From a virus (lineage: Duplodnaviria; Caudoviricetes), in the IMG/VR virus record IMGVR_UViG_3300020442_001429, positions 1-57,177 of that record: a stretch of 57,177 nt of DNA. One strand, 5' to 3'. Below the pieces are notes generated by a model, which saw only the letters and a program-made list of their open reading frames with translations, did not search any database and was not told the origin of the DNA. This document shows, one piece after another, positions 46,896-56,859 of this stretch (its first letter is position 1; each line of letters starts with the position of its first letter). The position numbers and the translations under genes were made by a program.

Positions 46896-49220
46896 GTGAA
46901 TGAGATACAACAAAAATCAACATTAGCAAAGTTACTGGCAACAGAAGATATTTCTGTTGTACACGATGCTAAAATGCCAACTGCAGCATTTGATGTAAAA
47001 GAACGTACATTATATTTGCCAGTATTTAAGAAAATGTCTAATGAACTATATGATTTGTTTATTGGACACGAAGTAGGACATGCACATTTTACTCCTGAAG
47101 AAGGATGGCATGACGCAGTATGTGATACACCTGAACTTAAGCACTTCTACAACATTATAGAAGACGCACGTATTGAACGTAAGGTTAAGGCAAAGTATCC
47201 TGGTTTAGCTTCCTCATTTTACAAAGGTTACAAAGAATTATTCGACAAAGACTTTTTTGGTATTAGAGGTCGTGACGTAAATAGTTTCCCATTCGCAGAC
47301 AGAATTAACTTACACTTCAAATTAGGCCACATGGCAGGTGTAGAGTTCTCAGAAACAGAACAAGTTTTCATAGATCGTATTGCAAAAGCAGAAACTTGGG
47401 ACGATGTTAAACAACTTTCACAAGAACTAGCAGTTACTTCCAAGAAAGAAGCTGAGGAACGTGCTGACGAAGGCAACGATTTACAAGAAATGCTAGATGA
47501 TCTTCAGAAACAACTAGCACAATCTCAAGAATCACAAACAGAAAATCCTGAGGACAATGAGTTGGATTCTTGGGAGCAACGTTACCAAATGGAAAAAGAA
47601 GATCGTGAAGAACACGAAGACGAAGATGGTAACGTCCCAGAAGATTACGAATTTGATCGTTACAGCGATGAAGTTACTGAAGAAGTTGACAAGCGTGTTG
47701 AAAAAGCAAAGGCACAGCGTCAGCAACACGAAGAAGAACAAAAAGAAATCGAGGACTTAGAAGAACAGATTGAGAAAGTCAAACAAGATTTAGAATTTCA
47801 CAATCAAGACGGTCAACATTCTCAAACAGACGCAGCGTTTAGAAAAAACGAAACTCAACTTGTTGATATGGATGCAGCAGAAAGAGTATATGTAGACTTA
47901 GACGGTCCTAGTGGTCCAGAAGATGTTATTGTCCAAATGGACGATCTATATAATTGGGAAAACTGCGTAACTCGTGAACAATATTACGAACCATACAAAA
48001 CTAGCCCTGAAGAACTTAAAAAATGGGGCTTAGAAATGGGTCGTAAGTATGAGGCAATGAACAGGCCAATCATTAATCAAATGGCTCAACAGTTTGAACT
48101 TAGAAAAGCAGCAACAGGTTTCAAGAAAGCACGTATTTCTAAAACAGGTAAGTTGAATGAGGACAAATTGTGGGCATACAAACTGACTGAGGACTTGTTC
48201 CAACAGACACAGGTTGTTCCTAACGGTAAGAATCACGGTATAATTATGTACGTTGATTTATCAGGTAGCATGCACTATCATATGAAAGGTACATTAGAAC
48301 AAGCAATCAATGTTGGTATGTTCTGTAGAAAAGTTGGTATCCCTTTTGATGTGTATGGTTTTAGCGACAACGGTAAAAGAGAACAATCTCTTAAAACTAA
48401 ATATAATACTCATAATTTTAAAGTAGGACAGTTTATGGACTATGGTAATGTCAAACTTGTCCATATGCTAAGTTCTAAGTCTAAGAAATCACAATGGGAT
48501 AACGCACTTGCATACTTAATGTGCATGATCAAAGGTTACGAGCGTAGTTCATATGATGAATACATCTACATTATGAACGAATACTTTAGACTTTCAGGTA
48601 CACCACTTAACCATTGTTTAGCATACGCTCCTAAAATAGCAGCGCAATTTAAAAAGCAATACAATGTTGAGATACTTTCAACAATATTCTTAACAGATGG
48701 TGGTGCAACTGACCAACTAGCTTTCTTTAAAGAAAGAAAAGAAGATCATAACTACGGCGAGCGTACACGCGGTAAGCAATTGGTTGCACGTATAGGTGCT
48801 AGCACAGTAGAAGGTCCTAGGTTAAACGGTAGTTATTACAGTAACGAAGCAGAAACTAGATTCCTTGTAGATTACTACAAAAAGGTAACAGGTTCCAGAA
48901 CATTTAACTTCCATATTGTAGGAGTTAAGCGTAGAGACTTCGAGAATGAGTATCACAGACGTTCAGATAACTATTCTTACACCCACTTTGATAACTGGTA
49001 CAAAAATGTACTTAAAAACAAGTTCGGTCTATTGACAGAGGACGCAGGATGGGATGCAACTATGCTCATCAAAGGACAAAGAGATCTACAGATTGAGGAC
49101 AAAGAATTAGAAGTTAAATCCAATAAAAGAGGTGATTTACTTCGAGGATTTAAGAAGTTTAATGGTGATAAGAAAACATCTAGGACTTTTGTTAACCAAA
49201 TCATAGAGTTAGTAGCGTAA
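46896..49220 (+). CDS. metallopeptidase-like plus VWA domain protein (CobT-like partner of the AAA+ ATPase)
   Basis: HEVGH..N..ED.RIE at the N-terminus, acidic linker, MIDAS DLSGS, GTPL, LTDG. Confidence 0.85.
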   Translation: MNEIQQKSTLAKLLATEDISVVHDAKMPTAAFDVKERTLYLPVFKKMSNELYDLFIGHEVGHAHFTPEEGWHDAVCDTPELKHFYNIIEDARIERKVKAKYPGLASSFYKGYKELFDKDFFGIRGRDVNSFPFADRINLHFKLGHMAGVEFSETEQVFIDRIAKAETWDDVKQLSQELAVTSKKEAEERADEGNDLQEMLDDLQKQLAQSQESQTENPEDNELDSWEQRYQMEKEDREEHEDEDGNVPEDYEFDRYSDEVTEEVDKRVEKAKAQRQQHEEEQKEIEDLEEQIEKVKQDLEFHNQDGQHSQTDAAFRKNETQLVDMDAAERVYVDLDGPSGPEDVIVQMDDLYNWENCVTREQYYEPYKTSPEELKKWGLEMGRKYEAMNRPIINQMAQQFELRKAATGFKKARISKTGKLNEDKLWAYKLTEDLFQQTQVVPNGKNHGIIMYVDLSGSMHYHMKGTLEQAINVGMFCRKVGIPFDVYGFSDNGKREQSLKTKYNTHNFKVGQFMDYGNVKLVHMLSSKSKKSQWDNALAYLMCMIKGYERSSYDEYIYIMNEYFRLSGTPLNHCLAYAPKIAAQFKKQYNVEILSTIFLTDGGATDQLAFFKERKEDHNYGERTRGKQLVARIGASTVEGPRLNGSYYSNEAETRFLVDYYKKVTGSRTFNFHIVGVKRRDFENEYHRRSDNYSYTHFDNWYKNVLKNKFGLLTEDAGWDATMLIKGQRDLQIEDKELEVKSNKRGDLLRGFKKFNGDKKTSRTFVNQIIELVA

Positions 49221-49224
49221 ATGA

Positions 49225-49295
49225 TTGCAAAAGAATGCAAAAAAAAGGTTGACTTTAGGTTCCAAAGGTGCTATCATATACACATAAACTAAAAA
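49225..49295 (+). promoter_or_regulatory. early promoter, repeat copy 3
   Basis: AAAAAAGGTTGACTTTAGGTTCC..GGTGCTATCATATACACATAAACTAAAAAA; -35 at 49249, -10 at 49272. Confidence 0.85.
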
Positions 49296-49322
49296 ATTAA
49301 CTATATTTTGTGAGGAAATATT

Positions 49323-50519
49323 ATGAAAGCAATTGATAGAGAAAACTTAGTAGCAGCACTTAAAGACTGTGATAACGGTACAGGTGTTTTTACTAGGAAA
49401 CAAATAATTGAAACTGCCCAATCTATTGGTGTTGGTTTCCCAGCCTGGTTAGTAAACAAGCCAGACTATAAAGTAGACAGAGGTGTCTATAACTTGACTG
49501 CAATGTTCGGAGGAACAGCACAGGCAATTGAACTTCCAAAGGCAGCCCCTAAGGCTCCAATTATGGAGGTACAATCCCAGGCTCCAGCCCCCGAGGTATT
49601 GACTCAGGCTATCCTGAATGTAACCGTTGATAACTTAGTCCCATTCAAAGATGAGACTTATGTTCCATATGGTTTCTTCAAGGACTTGAAAAAAGTTCTA
49701 ACAAGTTCTATGTTTTACCCAATATTCATTAGCGGTTTATCTGGTAATGGTAAAACTACAATGGTAGAACAAGTATGTGCGAACCTGAAACGTGAGGCGG
49801 TTCGTGTAAATATTAGTATTGAAACTGATGAAGATGATTTGATCGGTGGCAATACTCTAGTTGACGGTAACGTCGTGTATAGAGAAGGGCCCGTCCTCAC
49901 AGCGATGAAACGCGGGGCTGTTCTTATCCTTGATGAAGTGGACAGAGGTTCCAACAAGCTGATGTGCTTACAAGCTATTCTAGAAGGTAAGCCCTACTTC
50001 AACAAGAAGACTGGCGAAACCGTAACTCCTGCTCCCGGCTTTAACATTGTTGCAACAGCCAACACAAAAGGTCGAGGTTCTGATGATGGCAAATTTATTA
50101 GCGCCAACATACTCGACGAGGCATTCCTAGAAAGGTTTGCAATCACCGTGGAGCAGGAGTACCCTACTTTAGCAACCGAGAAGAAGATTGTTCTAAACAA
50201 AATGAACAAGGCAAATTGTGTAGACGAAGATTTCGCACTGCACTTGGTTACTTGGTCAGATGTAATTCGTAAAACATATTACGAAGGTGCAATTGATGAA
50301 CTGATCTCAACTCGTAGGTTAGAGCACATTGTAAACGCATACGCAATGTTTACAGATAAAACTAAGGCAATTGAACTATGTGTCAACAGGTTCGATGAAG
50401 ATACTAAGGCAGCATTTATAGACTTGTATGCCAAAGTTGATCCTAGTGTACAAATTAATGAAGGTGACGATGAGATCCTTGATAACGAAAAAGCGGAGGA
50501 AGAACTTGGCGAAGAATAA
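49323..50519 (+). CDS. cobS: CobS-like MoxR-family AAA+ ATPase
   Basis: GLSGNGKT, LILDEVD, ATANTKGRG, LDEAFLERF, ISTRRL. Confidence 0.9.
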   Translation: MKAIDRENLVAALKDCDNGTGVFTRKQIIETAQSIGVGFPAWLVNKPDYKVDRGVYNLTAMFGGTAQAIELPKAAPKAPIMEVQSQAPAPEVLTQAILNVTVDNLVPFKDETYVPYGFFKDLKKVLTSSMFYPIFISGLSGNGKTTMVEQVCANLKREAVRVNISIETDEDDLIGGNTLVDGNVVYREGPVLTAMKRGAVLILDEVDRGSNKLMCLQAILEGKPYFNKKTGETVTPAPGFNIVATANTKGRGSDDGKFISANILDEAFLERFAITVEQEYPTLATEKKIVLNKMNKANCVDEDFALHLVTWSDVIRKTYYEGAIDELISTRRLEHIVNAYAMFTDKTKAIELCVNRFDEDTKAAFIDLYAKVDPSVQINEGDDEILDNEKAEEELGEE

Positions 50520-50814
50520 AATAGACTACAAGTTTAACGAAGGAGCTCTTATTCAAGAGCTCCAGGCGTATATCGACGAAACATATGGTGGTCATTACAG
50601 TAGAAATAAATTCCAATCAACGGAATTTATCAGTGATTGTGGACACGGTATTGGTTTCGCAATAGGAAACATTTTAAAATATGCACAAAGGTATGGCAAA
50701 AAAGGTGTTGCCGAGGACCATAGAAAGGATCTACAAAAGGTTCTACACTATGCAATTATTGCACTAAATGAGCATGATAAAAGTACCGTGAAACACTATT
50801 TGGATGAAGACTAA
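50506..50814 (+). CDS. DUF3310-like protein
   Basis: HY...GF..GNILKY..R.GKK...DL.K..HY; TTG start with GGAGG RBS (track start 50428). Confidence 0.7.
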   Translation: MAKNKIDYKFNEGALIQELQAYIDETYGGHYSRNKFQSTEFISDCGHGIGFAIGNILKYAQRYGKKGVAEDHRKDLQKVLHYAIIALNEHDKSTVKHYLDED

Positions 50815-51683
50815 TGGACTTTGTAGAAGCCGATTATGTTGAATGTAATGTAGTTGACTACAAATCATGCCATGGTATGGACTCCAACTATCGCAATTTT
50901 AATCTAGTATATCGCCCAGGTATTAATACAATACGTCTGGGCATCTACATGGATGATAGAATGGAAAGGCGTAGAGTGTTTGGTTATGTAAAACAACTGA
51001 ACGAAATATTTAAAATCAACGGTATTGATATTCATATTGAGACTGCTTTTGTAGAGCCTGTTGATATTGAAAACACCTATGATAGTTTAGGAAATATTGA
51101 ACTAGCATATGATTTAAAAGATTGGGATCAGTATTCTCCCTTCTATGAGAAAGCTTGGTTAGTAGACAAGTATGAAGTAGATATGATTCACGTCATGTTA
51201 GACAGTGAACAAGATTGGGAAGTATGTGGTGCCGGTTGGGTATGGAAAGGTGAAGGTATGACAGCAGGATTGACTGCCTGTTATACTAAGAATGATATTG
51301 CCACAGTAGATCCTGAACAAGATACATCTACTGAATATATTTTTGCACATGAAATAGGACACCAACTAGGGTTAGCACATTCTAAAGATGACGCAGGCGA
51401 GAAACCAACCTTTAGTGTAGGACATGGCTTCATGGCATCTGATGGTACAGGAACAATTATGTCTTATGCTAAAAATAGAGTGCCTTATTACTCTAATTGC
51501 TGGACAGAGATCAATGGTATTAAATATGGTAATTCAGAACATAGAGCAGACATGGCAATCAACGCATCTGCTCCTTCGATATCATTAACTTATGAAAACT
51601 ATGGTCCCTATAATTATCCTGTTATTGATCCTGAGATAGGAGCAAATAACGACAGGTTTATTAACACCGTATTTAGAAATTAA
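50814..51683 (+). CDS. metzincin (reprolysin-like) zinc metalloprotease
   Basis: HEIGHQLGLAH (HExxHxxGxxH) and Met-turn TIMSY. Confidence 0.85.
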   Translation: MDFVEADYVECNVVDYKSCHGMDSNYRNFNLVYRPGINTIRLGIYMDDRMERRRVFGYVKQLNEIFKINGIDIHIETAFVEPVDIENTYDSLGNIELAYDLKDWDQYSPFYEKAWLVDKYEVDMIHVMLDSEQDWEVCGAGWVWKGEGMTAGLTACYTKNDIATVDPEQDTSTEYIFAHEIGHQLGLAHSKDDAGEKPTFSVGHGFMASDGTGTIMSYAKNRVPYYSNCWTEINGIKYGNSEHRADMAINASAPSISLTYENYGPYNYPVIDPEIGANNDRFINTVFRN

Positions 51684-51736
51684 AAGACAAAATTATTATA
51701 AATAAGAGTATAGAAAAGTTAATTTAGGAGAATTTA

Positions 51737-52108
51737 ATGGCATATTCTAAAACTAGCACATTCGTCAGACCTAATACAGGCACCGCTTGGACATCAGTTA
51801 AAGACCATGGCGAAGGTAGTGACTATTGGGAATGGAGAAGACAATACCAAGCAGATAATGGTATAAGTGTTTCTTTTGATTTATCATCGGACGAACTAAC
51901 ATTAACTGTCACAGAAACTTGCGCAGATGAGGCAACTTATGATGCGTTCAAAGCAGCAGATGTAGCAGATGGTAGATACAACGCATTAAGAGCTGACTTA
52001 TCAGCAGCAATGGCATCGGCAGGTATTACATTGTCGATAACAGAAAACAACGACGGTTCGGTACAAACTTTAATGGAAGCTGCTTCAGTATCACCTGAAC
52101 TTACATAA
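51737..52108 (+). CDS. hypothetical late protein
   Basis: TATAAATA at 51697-51704 and AGGAG RBS. Confidence 0.7.
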   Translation: MAYSKTSTFVRPNTGTAWTSVKDHGEGSDYWEWRRQYQADNGISVSFDLSSDELTLTVTETCADEATYDAFKAADVADGRYNALRADLSAAMASAGITLSITENNDGSVQTLMEAASVSPELT

Positions 52109-52125
52109 AACGGTACTCTTACCAC

Positions 52126-52154
52126 TTGATTTTTAGTATGAAAGATCCTATAAT
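52126..52154 (+). promoter_or_regulatory. sigma70-type promoter upstream of gp45
   Basis: TTGATT-17bp-TATAAT. Confidence 0.7.
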
Positions 52155-52184
52155 AGTAGGATAATATTTGGAGAAAATTATATT

Positions 52185-52838
52185 ATGAAACTATCTAAAA
52201 ACACAATTGAAGTTCTCAAGAACTTCGCTACTATCAACACCAACATTCTAGTTCGTGAAGGTAGTACACTTTCTACAATTAGCACAGGTAAAAATATATT
52301 TGCACGTGCAGATATTGAGGAAAGTTTTCCACAAGAATTTGCAGTCTATGATTTGAATAGCCTGCTATCTTTATTAACCGTAATAGAAGATCCTGATGTA
52401 GTATTTGAGGAAGAAAGACTCCTCGTATCTAAAGGCGCTTCTAGATTCGAATATTACTTTGCAGATCCTAACATCATTGTTAGCGCTCCTGATAAAACAA
52501 TTGAAGTAGACAACTTCTTTGAGTTTGAACTTAACAAGGATAACGTTGAAATGATTCTTAAGGCTGCAGGTATTACAGGCGCACCTATGTTATCTATTAA
52601 AGGTGATGGTGAAAATATTAGAGTAGAAGTAGGCGATCCGAATACACCTAAGTCTAACGCATACAGAACAGATGTTGTAACATCAGACGTTACATTTGAT
52701 GCGAGACTTGCTATTGAAAACTTCAAGGTTATTCCTGACACTTACAAAGTTATTATCTCTAAGAAGAAATTTATGTATCTTGAAAGTAAGACTGGCCGTA
52801 AGTATTGGTTAGCACTTGAAAGATCCTCAGATATATAG
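52185..52838 (+). CDS. gp45: sliding clamp gp45
   Basis: MKLS..T..VLKNFATIN, F.VYDL, YWLALE. Confidence 0.93.
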   Translation: MKLSKNTIEVLKNFATINTNILVREGSTLSTISTGKNIFARADIEESFPQEFAVYDLNSLLSLLTVIEDPDVVFEEERLLVSKGASRFEYYFADPNIIVSAPDKTIEVDNFFEFELNKDNVEMILKAAGITGAPMLSIKGDGENIRVEVGDPNTPKSNAYRTDVVTSDVTFDARLAIENFKVIPDTYKVIISKKKFMYLESKTGRKYWLALERSSDI

Positions 52839-52846
52839 GAGTAACT

Positions 52847-53026
52847 ATGGACGAGAGTAAATTAGAAGTAACAATCCGAGAAGCGACTAACGGCTGGATT
52901 GTTGAAATTAATCTGGATGGTGAAACAGTAGAATACATTTTTACTAGACCCAACCCAGCAATTAATTTAGTTAGAAAAGTAATGAAGGGAGAATTAGATC
53001 CTTTCAATTCAGGGGAGGATGAATAA
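52847..53026 (+). CDS. small hypothetical protein, 59 aa (not in ORF track)
   Basis: MDESKLEVTIREATNGWIVEIN...GEDE*; AGGAG RBS; TAATG overlap with the next gene. Confidence 0.7.
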   Translation: MDESKLEVTIREATNGWIVEINLDGETVEYIFTRPNPAINLVRKVMKGELDPFNSGEDE

Positions 53027-53637
53027 TGGGAGAGCATGTCTTTACAGAAACAGCGCAAATCGCAGATACTATCCCACCCTTTAAACTAATCAAGCAGGTT
53101 AAAACAACCTCAGGCGTATCTAAATTTGTGGACATGGATAACGATGTCCTATTTACAGGTAAAAGAGTAATTATATTTGGATTGCCTGGTGCGTTTACAC
53201 CTACTTGTTCTAGTAAACAACTACCAGGGTTTGAAACTCAATATCATTTGTTTAGAAACTTGGGTATTGATGACATCTATTGTATTAGTGTCAACGATAC
53301 TTTTGTTATGAACGAGTGGGCAAAGGATCAAGGATTGGTAAATGTAAAACTTATTCCAGATGGTAGCGCCCAACTTACAATTAAACTTGGTATGGATGTT
53401 CGTAAGGACAACCTACAGTTTGGTGTTAGGAGTTGGAGATATGCTGCAATCTATGATGATGGCAAACTCGTACAGAGTTTTATTGAAGAAGGGTTTGGTG
53501 ATAACTTTGAGGAAGATCCTTATGTTGTTAGCACACCCGAAAATGTGATGAAATGGATTAGAGAAAATCCTTTTGAAGGGAAAGATATTAAACTTGATAT
53601 CTCAGATTCGACAGATATTAAGGAAGATATTTCCTAA
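53026..53637 (+). CDS. peroxiredoxin (Prx5/redoxin type)
   Basis: PGAFTPTCS, SVND.FVM..W, RSWRYA. Confidence 0.92.
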   Translation: MGEHVFTETAQIADTIPPFKLIKQVKTTSGVSKFVDMDNDVLFTGKRVIIFGLPGAFTPTCSSKQLPGFETQYHLFRNLGIDDIYCISVNDTFVMNEWAKDQGLVNVKLIPDGSAQLTIKLGMDVRKDNLQFGVRSWRYAAIYDDGKLVQSFIEEGFGDNFEEDPYVVSTPENVMKWIRENPFEGKDIKLDISDSTDIKEDIS

Positions 53638-53712
53638 AACCTTTTTCTGTGCCAAAATTTTTTACGATATTTTGGTGCAAAAAAAGTTGGTTAAATTATA
53701 TTATGATTAGGA

Positions 53713-54657
53713 GTGAGTATGGAACCAGCACAATTCTTATGGGTTGAAAAATATAGACCCAAGCGTATAGATGATTGCATCCTTCCTGAGGATGTTAAGA
53801 AACAATTCAAACAGTTTATATCTAAAAAGGAAGCCCCTAACTTATTACTAGCAGGTACTGCTGGGACAGGTAAGACAACGCTCGCGCGTGCTCTCTGTGA
53901 GGAGTTAGGATGTGACTATATAGTAATCAATGGTAGTGATGAGGGTCGTCAGATCGACACTCTCAGGACCAAGATCAAGCAGTTTGCATCAGCAGTTTCC
54001 TTTGAGGGTGCTACAAAGGTAGTTATACTAGACGAGGCGGACTATATGAATCGTGATAGTGTACAACCAGCACTTAGAGCGTTCATAGAGACGTTCTCAG
54101 AGAACTGTAGATTCATCTTTACTTGTAACTATGCTAATAGGCTTATAGAGCCCTTACATAGTAGAACTACTGTCATAGACTTTAAGATAGCGCCTAAGGA
54201 CCGTCCTAAGATGGCTAAATTGTTTATGGAACGTATGGCATACATCTTAAATACTGAAGGTGTGACGTACAATGAGAAGGTCCTAGCAGAGCTATTGATG
54301 AAATACTTTCCAGACTACCGTAGGGTTATCAATGAACTCCAGAGATACTCTGTGGCAGGTTCTATAGACGAGGGTATATTAAGTAACTTCCAGGAAATTA
54401 ACGCTAAGAACCTCATAGAGAGCCTTAGAGAGAAGGACTGGAAGAAGATGAGACAGTGGGTTGCCAATAACGTAGACACTGATCCTCAGGGTGTATTTAG
54501 ACAAATATACGACACATTATTGCCTGAGGTTAAGGGTATTCCACACTTGGTATTGCTCATAGCAGATTATCAGTACAAAGCGGCGTTCGTAGCAGATCAA
54601 GAGATCAACCTTACTGCCTGTTTAACTGAGATTATGGCTAATGTGGAGTTCACATGA
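53713..54657 (+). CDS. gp44: clamp loader large subunit gp44
   Basis: WVEKYRP, GTGKTT, DEAD, PLHSR. Confidence 0.96.
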   Translation: MSMEPAQFLWVEKYRPKRIDDCILPEDVKKQFKQFISKKEAPNLLLAGTAGTGKTTLARALCEELGCDYIVINGSDEGRQIDTLRTKIKQFASAVSFEGATKVVILDEADYMNRDSVQPALRAFIETFSENCRFIFTCNYANRLIEPLHSRTTVIDFKIAPKDRPKMAKLFMERMAYILNTEGVTYNEKVLAELLMKYFPDYRRVINELQRYSVAGSIDEGILSNFQEINAKNLIESLREKDWKKMRQWVANNVDTDPQGVFRQIYDTLLPEVKGIPHLVLLIADYQYKAAFVADQEINLTACLTEIMANVEFT

Positions 54658-55115
54658 GCGATGGAATACTAGAAGGGTTTGGAGACCCTATTGAGGAGAT
54701 AAATGAAGAGGACTTTCAACAGAAACTGAAAAAGATCTCTCCGTTTGATTTTGCTAACAGCATAAACTTCACAAAAGAAAACCTAATAGTAGATGAGAGA
54801 ACAGAAAAGGAATACAATCCTTTTATTGTAAATCGTGCTATGGGTTTTGGTAAAGATACAGTTATTGCTGGTAACGAAATGAATTCTCGTCCACACTTAG
54901 ACAACAAAATGCAATATGATTTTCTCCGTGAGGTTGTGAGAAAGTCTAAGCGCTATAATAAGTGGCTGAAAAATGAAGAAGAGAACATAGAAGCTGTACA
55001 AAAGTTCTTTGGTTACTCTTTTAATAAGGCAAAAGAGGCGTTGTCTATATTAACTGAAACAGATCTTGATCGGATCAAGCTGTACCAAACCACATCAAAA
55101 GGTGGGAAGGTATAA
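54654..55115 (+). CDS. gp62: clamp loader small subunit gp62
   Basis: Y.PFIVNR, NEMN, QYDF, W.K, GYS..KAKEAL. Confidence 0.92.
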   Translation: MSDGILEGFGDPIEEINEEDFQQKLKKISPFDFANSINFTKENLIVDERTEKEYNPFIVNRAMGFGKDTVIAGNEMNSRPHLDNKMQYDFLREVVRKSKRYNKWLKNEEENIEAVQKFFGYSFNKAKEALSILTETDLDRIKLYQTTSKGGKV

Positions 55116-55148
55116 ATAGTTCAGTAATTATTAACAGGCTATATTGAA

Positions 55149-55568
55149 ATGAATGATCAAGAGAATTTCTTTAATATTGACTTTCCAGGTTATACACCCA
55201 TCGAAGTCTCATTAAAAGATCCCGAAGACTTTTTAAAAGTTAGGGAAACCCTATCTCGAATCGGCGTAGCGTCTAAAAAAGAAAAAGTTCTTTATCAATC
55301 ATGCCACATCCTACACAAGAAAGGACGTTACTTTATCGTACACTTCAAAGAACTATTTGCTTTGGATGGTAAGGACGCAGATTTTTTAGAGAATGATTTA
55401 CAACGTAGAAATACTGTTGCTAAACTCTTGTCGGATTGGGGACTGATTGAAGTAAAAGGAGAACTAGGTGAACAGGCTCCGCTCAGTCAGATAAAAATTA
55501 TATCTTTTAAAGAGAAAGGTGAATGGAATTTGATTCCGAAGTATAACATTGGAAAGAAGACAAAATAA
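55149..55568 (+). CDS. regA: translational repressor RegA
   Basis: DFLKVRETLSRIGVAS, LYQSCHILHK.G.Y.IVHFKELFALDG; TATAAATA at 55111-55118. Confidence 0.96.
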   Translation: MNDQENFFNIDFPGYTPIEVSLKDPEDFLKVRETLSRIGVASKKEKVLYQSCHILHKKGRYFIVHFKELFALDGKDADFLENDLQRRNTVAKLLSDWGLIEVKGELGEQAPLSQIKIISFKEKGEWNLIPKYNIGKKTK

Positions 55569-56859
55569 AGACTTAGAATACCTAGAACTTATTAAAACAA
55601 AACAGGATGCTATTGGTCCTGGATTTTGTGTCCTCAAATGGTATCATCAAGAAATGCATCTAGCAGAAGGCATGAACCATTCATGCTATCATTGTCCTCA
55701 ACATAAAATACCTTTGGGATCTGATTTACATAACACACCTTTTAAAGTAGAACAACGAGCGAGAATGTTAAATGGTGAAAGGCCAGAGGAATGTTCTTAT
55801 TGTTGGAGTGCAGAAGATTTAGGTTTAGTAAGTGATAGGCAAACATTAGCAGTACAATTTTTCCAAGATGCCAACAATGTGGTAGAAACTGCCGTTGAAG
55901 CAGGATTAGAATATGTGTATCCAAGATACTTAGAAATATCCTTTACAAATAAATGTCAAATGTCCTGCAGTTATTGTACTCCTGCTAAGTCTAGTATGTG
56001 GCAAAAGGAAATAGATAAGTTTGGTGAATACGATTTAGAACATGGACCTTCTAAAGCACAGTACAATAGCAGAGATGATATTATAGCAGTAGATGATAAT
56101 CCTTATATCACAAAGTTTTGGAAATGGTTTCCGCAGGCATACAATCATTTATTCGTATTAAGAGTTACAGGTGGGGAGCCGTTACTAGATAAAAACACAT
56201 ATAAACTGCTGGAGTATGTCAAAGAACACCCGAGAGAAAGGTTAGGATTCCATGTTAATTCAAACTTAATGGTCACAGAAAAGCGTGTGCAGAGGTACAT
56301 AGATTTAGTCAAAGATAATCCTAAGAATAAAACTTATGTAAGTATAGATAATTGGGGCAAAAGAGCTGAGTGGATTAGATTTGGATTAGAAATGCAGCAC
56401 TTTGAAAAGAACTTATACAAAGTATTAGAAGCGGGCCTGAATGTAGGATTGATGGTTACATATTGTCTTTTATCTATACCTCATTTTGAGGATTTTCTAA
56501 CAAAGGTAGCATATCTAAAAAGAAGATATCCTGGGCAGTTGACTATTGATACACCTCATATGGTACAACCAGAACACCTAACGGCGATGATTGCTGATGA
56601 TTATACAATAAATAATATGATATCACAGTTAGACTATATGAAAAATTTTATTGGTAGTGATATGTTTACAATAGGAGAATATAAAAAGTTTGAACGAACT
56701 GTAAACTGGATTTACAACAATAGATTTAAAGGCGAAGAACTTAAACTACATAGAAAAGACTTTGCTAAATTTGTAACAGAACATGATAAAAGGAGAGGTA
56801 CTAATTTTTTAGAAGCCTTCCCTGAATTGAGAGATTTTTATGAGAGCGCACGTTCATAG
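55549..56859 (+). CDS. radical SAM enzyme with N-terminal Cys-rich (twitch/SPASM-like) domain
   Basis: CQMSCSYC (CxxxCxxC), GGEP; N-terminal FC..KW, SC, R..ML.GERPEECSYCW..E. Confidence 0.88.
   Translation: MERRQNKDLEYLELIKTKQDAIGPGFCVLKWYHQEMHLAEGMNHSCYHCPQHKIPLGSDLHNTPFKVEQRARMLNGERPEECSYCWSAEDLGLVSDRQTLAVQFFQDANNVVETAVEAGLEYVYPRYLEISFTNKCQMSCSYCTPAKSSMWQKEIDKFGEYDLEHGPSKAQYNSRDDIIAVDDNPYITKFWKWFPQAYNHLFVLRVTGGEPLLDKNTYKLLEYVKEHPRERLGFHVNSNLMVTEKRVQRYIDLVKDNPKNKTYVSIDNWGKRAEWIRFGLEMQHFEKNLYKVLEAGLNVGLMVTYCLLSIPHFEDFLTKVAYLKRRYPGQLTIDTPHMVQPEHLTAMIADDYTINNMISQLDYMKNFIGSDMFTIGEYKKFERTVNWIYNNRFKGEELKLHRKDFAKFVTEHDKRRGTNFLEAFPELRDFYESARS

Noticed and set aside
49323-50519. Cobalamin biosynthesis via cobS
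   Set aside because: No cobN or other cob genes; better explained as a MoxR AAA+/VWA pair.
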